NCBI GenBank assembly: GCA_964595665.1
Contig: CAZQQS010000016.1
Coordinates: forward strand, 1 to 13,396
Direction of reading: 5' to 3'
DNA from: an uncultured archaeon
Lineage (GTDB): Archaea > Iainarchaeota > Iainarchaeia > Iainarchaeales > 0-14-0-20-30-16
DNA length: 13,396 nucleotides
Of this stretch, positions 6,891-13,396 are shown piece after piece (within the stretch, counting starts at the first letter, position 1; every line of letters begins with the position of its first letter). The translations under genes and the position numbers were made by a program. The notes beneath the pieces were generated by a model. That model saw only the letters and a list, made by a program, of their open reading frames with translations. It did no database searches and had not been told where the DNA came from.

Positions 6891-7958
6891 ATGAATTATA
6901 TTCAAAAAGCATTATTTTTAGGAGTTTTTTTATTAATCTTGCCCATAATATCAGCAAATAACGAAATTTATGTAGATATTCATCAAGATATTCCGTATAT
7001 AGATTATACTATTTATTATGATTCTAATTTCGAAATGTATTTGCCAGATTTTCAAGAATTAATTTATATTAAGGGTTTGCCAGAACTAAATTATGATATT
7101 ATTGATTCTAAATTATATGTTTATAGTGCTAAAGGAACTTTAGTATTGAAATACAAAGGAAATGAATTCTTAGAAAATAAAAATACTTTAGAAAAGACAT
7201 TAGATTTTGATATTTTAAATAATACAGTAATAATTGTAAAATCAGATAAAGAATTTTTAAAAATAAATTCAGATTACAATAAAGATAATGATAAACACGT
7301 ATATGAAACAAATGAAGACTTTGTATTATATTTGGTTTATGAAAATGTTTCAAAATATTTCAATTTAGTTTTAGGATTTGTAATAAGCATTATTTTAATA
7401 ATTATTATTTTCAGCATATATTTTTACTATAAAAAAGCTAATCAAAAAAATAATACTAGATTTTTAGATATTAATCAAAATAATATTTTAAATTTAGTTA
7501 AAAATAACTCTTTAACGCAACAAGAAGTTGCCAACAAATTAAATATTAAAAAAAGCCATATGAGTAAAATTCTAAATAAAATGGAAAGGCAAGATTTAAT
7601 TGAGAGAAAAAAAATTGGGAAAATAAATATTGCTAACAAAAATACAAAAATAAAAAGCCCAGGAATGAAGTATAAACACTATAGTCCAAAAGCAAAAATT
7701 ATTTTGTTAGATAACTTATTAAATATTAAAAATAATTATTCAAAAGATAAAACAATAATAATTACCAAACATAAAATTAAAACACCTTATAAAAACATCA
7801 TTTATCAAAACAACTCAAAATTAGCTAAAAATATTTTTGCATGGTTTAGATATGCAGATTCAAAAAAATTTAATTTAATAATTATTGAAAAACCCAGAAA
7901 CAAAAATTTAGGGGCAAGTATATTAAATAGATTAGAAAAGGCAGCTTCAAAAAGCTAA
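6891..7958 (+). CDS. Chimeric protein: signal peptide + ectodomain + TM helix + MarR/ArsR-like winged HTH + orphan Sua5 C-terminal domain
   Basis: Residues 1-23, MNYIQKALFLGVFLLILPIISAN, form a signal peptide or anchor. Residues 156-180, YFNLVLGFVISIILIIIIFSIYFYY followed by KKANQK, form a TM helix (nt 7356-7430). Residues ~193-247, NILNLVKNNSLTQQEVANKLNIKKSHMSKILNKMERQDLIERKKIGK, form a wHTH (nt ~7467-7631). Residues 255-355 begin SPGMKYKHYSP and end NLGASILNRLEKAA. These match the conserved linker and C-terminal motifs of the Sua5 domain of threonylcarbamoyl-AMP synthase (nt 7653-7955). No YrdC catalytic domain is present. Confidence 0.75.
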   Translation: MNYIQKALFLGVFLLILPIISANNEIYVDIHQDIPYIDYTIYYDSNFEMYLPDFQELIYIKGLPELNYDIIDSKLYVYSAKGTLVLKYKGNEFLENKNTLEKTLDFDILNNTVIIVKSDKEFLKINSDYNKDNDKHVYETNEDFVLYLVYENVSKYFNLVLGFVISIILIIIIFSIYFYYKKANQKNNTRFLDINQNNILNLVKNNSLTQQEVANKLNIKKSHMSKILNKMERQDLIERKKIGKINIANKNTKIKSPGMKYKHYSPKAKIILLDNLLNIKNNYSKDKTIIITKHKIKTPYKNIIYQNNSKLAKNIFAWFRYADSKKFNLIIIEKPRNKNLGASILNRLEKAASKS

Positions 7959-9046
7959 TTCCAAAATCCTTTCTTTTTCTTTTTTGATTTTGGTTCTTTA
8001 TTAAACGCTTTTAAAAATAATTCTTTTTGTTCTTTAGTTAATTCAGGAATATCTACTATTACCTTAACATATTGATTACCTAAAGAATCTTTCAAAGAGG
8101 GCATACCCAAACCTTTTAATTTAAAAGTGGTATGGCTTTGTGTACTAGAAGGTATTTTTAATTTCGCTTTTCCTTTAATTGTTTTTACTTCTATTTCATC
8201 ACCAAATAATGCTGTATTCAAATCAATATGTTCTGTTGAATATAAATCATAATTTTCTAATTTAAAATAAGGGTGAGATCGTAAACTTAATTTAATATAT
8301 AAATCTCCTTTATGTCTAGAATCTGAAAAGCCCTCACCTTGTAATCTTAATACAGTGCCATTAGAAACTCCTTTAGGGATTTTAACATTTAATATTTTCT
8401 TATCTTTAATAGTTCCTAAACCTTTACATATGGCACACTTTTTAGAAATGGTCTTTCCTGTGCCTTGACAATATTCACAAACAGTAACAGACATCATTCT
8501 ACCAAATAAACTGTCTACAACTCTTTTTAACTTACCAGAACCATTACATTTGCTACAAGTACTTAAATGTCCAGATTCTGCTCCCGTCCCTTTACAAGAT
8601 TTACAAACTTCTTGAGTTGGTATTTGAATACTTTTTTCTGCACCAAAAAAAGCATCTTCTAAATTTATTTCTAAATTATATTGTAAATCTGAAGCACTAG
8701 ATTTTCTTTGATTCCTACTACCAAAATCCTCATTATCAAAACCAAATCCAAAATTTTTGAAGATACTCTCAAAATCAAAATCAGAATTATTATTAGAATA
8801 TTGTTGATAATTATTATAATTTCCTTGTGCATAATCTGAGCCATAAGAATCATATTGTTTTCTTTTGCCAGAATCTTTTAAAGTTTCATATGCTTCATTA
8901 ATTTCTTTAAATTTTTCTTCATACTCTTTATTGCCAGGATTTTTATCAGGGTGGTATTTTTTAACAGAGTCCATATATGCTTTTTTAATTTCTTCTTGAC
9001 TCGAAGTTTTGCTCACGCCCAAAATATTATAATAATCTTTACTCAT
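7955..9046 (-). CDS. dnaJ: Molecular chaperone DnaJ (type I Hsp40)
   Basis: The J domain DYYNILGV...KKYHPDKNPG carries the HPD motif. There are four CxxCxGxG zinc-finger repeats (CKSCKGTG, CSKCNGSG, CEYCQGTG, CAICKGLG) and a C-terminal substrate-binding region. A GAGGG SD (complement of 9053-9057) lies upstream. Confidence 0.95.
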   Translation of the reverse strand: MSKDYYNILGVSKTSSQEEIKKAYMDSVKKYHPDKNPGNKEYEEKFKEINEAYETLKDSGKRKQYDSYGSDYAQGNYNNYQQYSNNNSDFDFESIFKNFGFGFDNEDFGSRNQRKSSASDLQYNLEINLEDAFFGAEKSIQIPTQEVCKSCKGTGAESGHLSTCSKCNGSGKLKRVVDSLFGRMMSVTVCEYCQGTGKTISKKCAICKGLGTIKDKKILNVKIPKGVSNGTVLRLQGEGFSDSRHKGDLYIKLSLRSHPYFKLENYDLYSTEHIDLNTALFGDEIEVKTIKGKAKLKIPSSTQSHTTFKLKGLGMPSLKDSLGNQYVKVIVDIPELTKEQKELFLKAFNKEPKSKKKKKGFWN

Positions 9047-9164
9047 AAAATACCCTCTAATGTTTTATGAGATCTGTTGGGAGTTTTAATTTCTAAAAAT
9101 CTCAACTGGCTCATTATATCACACAAAAAAAGATAAAAGAAAAAGGAAGAAAGAATTTATATTC

Positions 9165-11024
9165 TTACTTCTTTTTTGGTTCCTCAGTAAAATCTGCATC
9201 TACTGTTTTTTCTTCCGAATCAGTTTTTGGTTCTTCTGAATTTTCTTTTGGATTTTGAGATGTATTTTGTTGAGGTGCATTTCTTTGATAAATTGCAGAA
9301 CCGATTTCTTGCATAGTTTTAGACAAAGATTCTGTTTCTTGTTTTAATTTAGTTACATCTTCAGATTCTAAAACTTCTTTTGCAATTTTTAATGCATCTT
9401 CGATTTTTTTCTTTTCATCTTCTTGTAATTTATCTTGTAATTCACTCAAAGATTTCTCTGTAGTGTAGATCATAGTATCTAAAGCATTTCGCTCATCAAT
9501 TAATTCTTTTTTCTTCTTATCTTCTTCTTCATGTGCTTTAGCTTCTTTTACCATTCTATCAATTTCTTCATCAGATAATTTTGTTGACGCAGTAATAGTA
9601 ATCTTTTGTTCTTTATTTGTACCCAAATCTTTTGCACTTACTGTTAAAATACCATTAGCATCAATATCAAAAGTTACTTCAATTTGAGGTATTCCTCTTG
9701 GTGCTGGAGGTATTCCAGTTAAATTAAACATTCCTAAAGAAGTATTGTCTTGTGCCATTGGTCTTTCACCTTGCAAAACATTTATTGTTACAGCAGTTTG
9801 CATATCGGCAGCAGTAGAAAATATTTTTTTCTTTTTTACTGGAACAGTAGTATTCCTATCAATTAAAGGTGTTGAAACACTTCCCAAAGTTTCCAAACCC
9901 AAAGTTAATGGAGTTACATCCAATAAAACAATATCGTTAATATCTCCTGCTAAAATTGCACCTTGAATAGCCGCACCAACTGCAACACATTCCATAGGAT
10001 CTACACCGCGTTCAACTTGTTTTCCTAAAATATTTTCAACAAATTTTTGAACCATTGGCATTCTTGTTGGACCACCAACTAAAATTACTTTATCAACATT
10101 TTCTTTAGACAATTTTGCATCTTTTAAAGCTTGTTCTATTGGATGTTTACATTTATCTATAATTGGTTGAACAATTTTTTCCAATTCTGGTTTTGTTAAT
10201 TTCATTACTAAGTGTTTTGGGCCATTTGAATCAGCAGTAATATATGGCAAATTAATTTCTGTCTCACCAACTTTAGATAATTCTATTTTTGCTTTTTCAA
10301 CAGCTTCCATTACCCTTTGTGTTGCCATTTTATCTTTTTTCAAATCTAAATTTTCCATTTGTTTAAATCTTTCAACAACATAATCATACAATAAATTATC
10401 CATATCTGTTCCACCTAATTGAGTGTCCCCAGATGTAGATAATACAGTATAAACACCATCATTTAATTCCATGATAGTAACATCTAATGTTCCACCACCT
10501 AAATCAAATACTAATATTTTATGATTTCCTGTTTTACCCAAACCATATGCCATTGCAGCAGCTGTTGGTTCGTTAACTAATCTAACTACATCTAATCCAG
10601 CAATTTTACCTGCATCTTTAGTTGCAGTTCTTTGGTTATCATTAAAATATGCTGGAACTGTTATTACAGCTTTAGAAATCTTTTCTCCTAAAAAAGCTTC
10701 AGCATCAGATTTAATTTTTTGTAAAATAAATGATGATATTTGTTGTGGAGTATATTCTTTACCTTGTACTTTAAACTTTTCATTAGTACCCATTTTTCTT
10801 TTTGCTTTTATAATTGTTCCATCAATATTAGAAACATATTGTCTTTTTGCAGGTTCTCCAACTATTACTCCATCTTTAGTAAACGCAACAACACTTGGAA
10901 ATGCTTTACCATATAGTGAAGCACCTTCTGCACTAGGAATCATTGTAGGTGAACCACCCATCATAATACATGCTTGTGAATTTGAAGTTCCTAAATCAAT
11001 ACCTAAAATTTTTTCTTTACTCAT
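9165..11024 (-). CDS. dnaK: Molecular chaperone DnaK (Hsp70)
   Basis: Hsp70 signatures are present: [29 protein letters not shown], and a substrate-binding domain with a helical lid. A strong AAGGAGGA SD (complement of 11032-11039) lies inside the grpE 3' end, and only 2 nt separate the grpE stop from the dnaK ATG. Confidence 0.97.
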   Translation of the reverse strand: MSKEKILGIDLGTSNSQACIMMGGSPTMIPSAEGASLYGKAFPSVVAFTKDGVIVGEPAKRQYVSNIDGTIIKAKRKMGTNEKFKVQGKEYTPQQISSFILQKIKSDAEAFLGEKISKAVITVPAYFNDNQRTATKDAGKIAGLDVVRLVNEPTAAAMAYGLGKTGNHKILVFDLGGGTLDVTIMELNDGVYTVLSTSGDTQLGGTDMDNLLYDYVVERFKQMENLDLKKDKMATQRVMEAVEKAKIELSKVGETEINLPYITADSNGPKHLVMKLTKPELEKIVQPIIDKCKHPIEQALKDAKLSKENVDKVILVGGPTRMPMVQKFVENILGKQVERGVDPMECVAVGAAIQGAILAGDINDIVLLDVTPLTLGLETLGSVSTPLIDRNTTVPVKKKKIFSTAADMQTAVTINVLQGERPMAQDNTSLGMFNLTGIPPAPRGIPQIEVTFDIDANGILTVSAKDLGTNKEQKITITASTKLSDEEIDRMVKEAKAHEEEDKKKKELIDERNALDTMIYTTEKSLSELQDKLQEDEKKKIEDALKIAKEVLESEDVTKLKQETESLSKTMQEIGSAIYQRNAPQQNTSQNPKENSEEPKTDSEEKTVDADFTEEPKKK

Positions 11025-11026
11025 AT

Positions 11027-11545
11027 CTATTCCTCCTTAGAAATATTTTTTGCTAATTTAACTTTTGAATATCTTAATACTTTATCATTATACAAATAAC
11101 CTTTTTGTAGTTCATCTAAAATAATATTATCTTCTTTATCACTTTCTTCTTGTAATAAAACTTCGTGATAATTAGGATCAAATTTTTTATTTAAACAATC
11201 AATTCTTTTTACATTATATTTTTCAAAAACCTTTTCCATATTTTTGTAAATCATTGTTAATCCTTTTAAATCTTCAGGATTTTTTATTAAGGGCAAAGCT
11301 CTTTCAAAATCATCAAAAATATTTAATAAATCTAATAATAAATTCTTATTTGCACATTTGATTTCATTTTCTAATTGTTTAGAAACTTGTTTTTTATAAT
11401 TCTCAAAATCTGCTAATAAATATTTACTATGCTGCGAAATATCTTGGAGTTTTTGTTCTAATAATTGATTTTGTGTTTTCAATTGCTCTATCTCTTGCTC
11501 CAATATCTGCAATTCCTTTTGTTCCTTTACCAATTCTTTGTTCAA
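11027..11545 (-). CDS. grpE: Nucleotide exchange factor GrpE (start re-called to TTG at 11545)
   Basis: A coiled-coil N-terminus ([27 protein letters not shown]) is followed by the GrpE core ([12 protein letters not shown]...[15 protein letters not shown]...DPNYHEVL). The track's first 31 aa (RSINITCLIFINIYKSFALFIFYNFF...) look like translated promoter DNA. An AGGTGG SD (complement of 11552-11557) sits 6 nt upstream of the TTG at 11545. Confidence 0.88.
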   Translation of the reverse strand: MNKELVKEQKELQILEQEIEQLKTQNQLLEQKLQDISQHSKYLLADFENYKKQVSKQLENEIKCANKNLLLDLLNIFDDFERALPLIKNPEDLKGLTMIYKNMEKVFEKYNVKRIDCLNKKFDPNYHEVLLQEESDKEDNIILDELQKGYLYNDKVLRYSKVKLAKNISKEE

Positions 11546-11760
11546 TAAAAACCACCTAAAAAAGTTATAAAATATAAATAAAGCAAAGGATTTATAAATG
11601 TTTATGAAAATTAGACAAGTTATGTTTATACTTCTCAAATAATTCGATTTTGATTGTTAAAACCAAATTACTTTCAAGTAAGTTTTTGTATATTAAAATA
11701 ACAAAAGAAAAGTTTATATAATCTATTAAAATATTTATTTTATAGTTATGAGGTGATAAT
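11546..11760. promoter_or_regulatory. Divergent heat-shock promoter region (grpE-dnaK-dnaJ versus hsp20)
   Basis: TTTATAAA at 11591-11598 lies ~46-53 nt upstream of the grpE start and leaves room for an SD-bearing leader. TTTATATA at 11713-11720 lies upstream of hsp20. A GAGGTGA SD is at 11750-11756. The inverted repeat TTACTT-TC-AAGTAA at 11668-11681 lies between the two TATA boxes. Confidence 0.45.
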
Positions 11761-12246
11761 ATGATTGCAAAAAAGAAATCTAAGAAAATAATTTCAAAAC
11801 CTAAAACAAAACCAAATAAAAAATTAGAAATTATTGAAAATAAAAATCCCTTTAATAACTTAATTGATTTAGAGAAAAATTTTTTTGATAATGATTTAAT
11901 GAATTTATTTGGAAAAATAAATTTACCTAGTACAGATATAGAAAATAAAAAAGATACTATAGAATTAACTGCAGATTTACCAGGCGTAAATAAAAACGAA
12001 ATAAAGATTTGTGTAAATAAAGATTCTGTTGAAATCTCTGCAGAAAAGAAAGCTGAAAAAAACACGCAAGAGAAAAATTACTATAAACAAGAAAGAACAT
12101 ATTCTGGATATCATAGAGTTATATCTTTACCTGCATTAGTTGATCCAAACAAAACAAAATGCGATTTTGTTAATGGCACATTAAAAATCACAATAAAAAA
12201 GCTAAAAGACAAAATCGATAAACCAAAAATGATTACTTTGAAATAG
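11761..12246 (+). CDS. Small heat-shock protein, Hsp20/alpha-crystallin family
   Basis: The alpha-crystallin domain pattern is IELTADLPGVNKNEIKICVNKDSVEISAEKK...YSGYHRVISLPALVDPNKTKCDFVNGTLKITIKK. The N-terminal arm is lysine-rich. A GAGGTGA SD lies 4 nt upstream of the ATG. Confidence 0.9.
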   Translation: MIAKKKSKKIISKPKTKPNKKLEIIENKNPFNNLIDLEKNFFDNDLMNLFGKINLPSTDIENKKDTIELTADLPGVNKNEIKICVNKDSVEISAEKKAEKNTQEKNYYKQERTYSGYHRVISLPALVDPNKTKCDFVNGTLKITIKKLKDKIDKPKMITLK

Positions 12247-12297
12247 ATTTTCTATTGTCTTTAAATGACATCTTAAAGATAGACTTTAAAGATATAT

Positions 12298-12354
12298 GTT
12301 AATAATTTGAAGATTGGTTGTTTCTGATTATTAACATTTCTTTTTTATTTTTTT
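12298..12354 (+). terminator. Candidate hsp20 terminator: A/T hairpin plus oligo-T tracts
   Basis: GTTAATAAT (12298-12306) and ATTATTAAC (12327-12335) form a perfect 9-bp inverted repeat around a 20-nt loop. It is followed by T6 (12341-12346) and T7 (12348-12354) runs on the plus strand. Oligo-T tracts are the usual archaeal termination signal. Confidence 0.35.
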
Positions 12355-12984
12355 CTATTCTGAATGAATAAGTTTTTTTAAATATTTTGCAATCATTAAC
12401 ATAAACAACTTATAAATTAAAATAATCAAACCAAAACTAAAGGTTATTATGTGCAATCCCAAAACATCCAATCTAAAATCTAAAAATAATGCTACAATTA
12501 AACTTATAGCTGCCAACCCAACATATACTCCTAAAAAATATAACATTTCTTGGTAAATTTTTAATTCAAAACTTAATTTGAATATTTTTTTCAAAACTAA
12601 TTTAATAAATTCATTTAAAAAGGAATAAATTAAACTTATAACTAAAAGAAATTTAAAAAACATCAAAAAATCAATTGAATTTCCAAAAATTTGTGTAAAA
12701 ATAATTAATAAATTTCCAACACATAGCGCTCCAAAATCACCAAATAAAAAAATTAGTGGAAAAAAAAGCATTATTGAAGAAAATATAAAAAATACTGTAC
12801 CTAAAGAACTTAAATATAAAAATAAAAAATATAATGGATACGCTATTTTTTTAAGAAATCTTTTTAATTTAAAACCATTTCTATATGCTTCCGCAGAAAT
12901 TGGAAACTCTTTTTCAAATTCAGGAGTAATATTGGATTCATGTTTTATTATTTTATTCCAATCATCCAATGTTTTTTTAACCAT
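12355..12984 (-). CDS. Hypothetical polytopic membrane protein (about 5 TM helices)
   Basis: The soluble N-terminus MVKKTLDDWNKIIKHESNITPEFEKEFPISAEAYRNGFKLKRFLKK is followed by about five hydrophobic helices. I prefer the ATG at 12984 to the track start at 13032. A TTTATAT box (complement of ~13004-13012) lies ~26 nt upstream of it, and MFCNRKDIYMLMCILI looks non-coding. No family is recognised. Confidence 0.55.
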   Translation of the reverse strand: MVKKTLDDWNKIIKHESNITPEFEKEFPISAEAYRNGFKLKRFLKKIAYPLYFLFLYLSSLGTVFFIFSSIMLFFPLIFLFGDFGALCVGNLLIIFTQIFGNSIDFLMFFKFLLVISLIYSFLNEFIKLVLKKIFKLSFELKIYQEMLYFLGVYVGLAAISLIVALFLDFRLDVLGLHIITFSFGLIILIYKLFMLMIAKYLKKLIHSE

Positions 12985-13060
12985 AATTAAAATACACATT
13001 AACATATAAATATCTTTTCTATTACAAAACATTTATATAATTCTAATTTCTTTTTAATTC
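12985..13060. promoter_or_regulatory. Divergent promoter region (membrane protein versus deaminase)
   Basis: TTTATATA at 13032-13039 lies ~26 nt upstream of the ATG at 13061 on the plus strand. An ATATTTATATG element on the minus strand, around 13003-13013, lies ~26 nt upstream of the ATG at 12984. Neither start has an SD, which is consistent with leaderless mRNAs. Confidence 0.35.
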
Positions 13061-13396
13061 ATGAACAAATATATGGAAGAGGCATTAAAAGAAGATTTGA
13101 AAGGAGTTAAAACTAAAAAAGGAGGTCCTTTCGGTTGTGTAATAGTACATAAAGGAAAAATAATATCTAAAGCACACAATACAGTAACAAGCTCTTTTGA
13201 TCCTACTGCTCATGCAGAAGTTAATGCAATAAGAAAAGCATCAAAAAAACTAAAAACATTTAATTTAAAAGATTGCGAATTATATACTACTTGCGAACCA
13301 TGTCCTATGTGCTTTGCAGCAATACATTGGGCAAGAATAAAAAAAGTTTATTTTGCATGTAATAGAAAAGATGCTGCAAAAATTGGTTTTGATGAT
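13061..13396 (+). CDS. guaD: CDA-fold nucleoside/guanine deaminase (B. subtilis GuaD-like); 3' end outside the window
   Basis: This ORF is absent from the track because it has no stop in the window. The frame is open from the ATG at 13061 to the window end (112 codons): MNKYMEEALKEDLKGVKTKKGGPFGCVIVHKGKIISKAHNTVTSSFDPTAHAEVNAIRKA...CELYTTCEPCPMCFAAIHWARIKKVYFACNRKDAAKIGFDD. It carries the zinc-binding HAE and PCxxC motifs. The GGPFG and GFDD contexts resemble GuaD-type guanine deaminase more than TadA. The symbol is tentative. Confidence 0.8.
   Translation, partial: MNKYMEEALKEDLKGVKTKKGGPFGCVIVHKGKIISKAHNTVTSSFDPTAHAEVNAIRKASKKLKTFNLKDCELYTTCEPCPMCFAAIHWARIKKVYFACNRKDAAKIGFDD

Noticed and set aside
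7129-7353. 74-aa minus-strand ORF inside the TM-wHTH/Sua5 ORF
   Set aside because: It is an antisense shadow ORF in A/T-rich sequence, rich in L/Y/K/H with no features.
8671-8853. 60-aa minus-strand ORF in another frame within dnaJ
   Set aside because: It overlaps the dnaJ linker region in an alternative frame. Its I/L/N repeats reflect the N/Y/Q-rich low-complexity stretch that replaces a classical G/F region in DnaJ, which is itself just compositional bias with residual FGFGF/DFDFESIF motifs.
9047-9164. Possible hairpin or attenuator, or a small RNA, in the 118-nt dnaK-dnaJ spacer (TGAGAT 9068-9073 / ATCTCA 9099-9104)
   Set aside because: The stem is only 6 bp around a 25-nt loop, which is not distinguishable from chance in this composition. 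There is no tRNA-like or other RNA signature. The spacer probably holds just the dnaJ SD (GAGGG) and perhaps an internal promoter.
9745-9966. 73-aa plus-strand ORF antisense to dnaK
   Set aside because: It lies opposite the highly conserved Hsp70 substrate-binding domain and is a shadow ORF.
11546-11760. Bacterial CIRCE/HrcA operator upstream of grpE-dnaK-dnaJ
   Set aside because: I scanned for TTAGCACTC-N9-GAGTGCTAA and found nothing close. The nearest string, TTAGACAAG...TACTTCTCAA, is not an inverted repeat.
11592-12065. 157-aa minus-strand ORF spanning the heat-shock intergenic region and antisense to hsp20
   Set aside because: It would run through both promoters and the hsp20 SD and ATG. 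It is F/S/I-rich antisense sequence. By contrast, hsp20 on the plus strand has a clear alpha-crystallin domain and SD.
12985-13032. Longer start (13032) for the 5-TM protein
   Set aside because: The extra 16 residues (MFCNRKDIYMLMCILI) overlap the TATA-like element that is correctly spaced for a leaderless start at 12984. They would also leave under 30 nt for two divergent promoters. This call remains uncertain.
1-13396. CRISPR arrays, tandem repeats, IS elements or integrases, tRNA or rRNA genes, alternative genetic code
   Set aside because: No regularly spaced direct repeats or terminal inverted repeats were seen. No integrase or transposase motifs appear in any ORF, and no GC-rich structured segments typical of tRNA or rRNA stand out against the A/T-rich background. 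TAA, TAG and TGA all terminate well-supported ORFs, for example the TGA at 2462-2464, so the code appears standard.

Overview
Very AT-rich, tightly packed prokaryotic DNA (about three quarters A+T by eye). Several features suggest a small-genome, possibly DPANN-like, archaeon; this is inference. They are KG|Q-type class III (prepilin-like) signal peptides, TTTATAAA/TTTATATA TATA-like boxes about 26 nt upstream of apparently leaderless ATGs, GGTGA-type Shine-Dalgarno sites on internal operon genes, and an archaeal-type DnaK N-terminus. The left 8 kb is an accessory-looking cell-surface module. It holds a translationally coupled operon of four N-terminally anchored pilin-like proteins (570-3016, minus), three of them with canonical class III signals. 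A 51-bp spacer separates that operon from a divergent 837-aa HerA/FtsK/VirB4-class P-loop ATPase (3068-5581) with an acidic N-terminal tail and a roughly 300-aa C-terminal extension. Next come a signal-peptide and C-terminal-anchor surface protein with beta-rich repeats (5583-6797) and a chimeric ORF (6891-7958) that joins an ectodomain, a TM helix, a winged-HTH and an orphan Sua5 C-terminal domain. No PilB/FlaI-type ATPase, PilC/FlaJ platform or prepilin peptidase is in the window. The pilin-plus-HerA pairing is therefore the best candidate for an undescribed filament or DNA-translocation system. The right 5.4 kb is housekeeping: grpE-dnaK-dnaJ (minus), divergent hsp20, a 5-TM hypothetical protein, and the 5' part of a GuaD-like deaminase running off the window. 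I saw no rRNA, tRNA, CRISPR array or mobile element.
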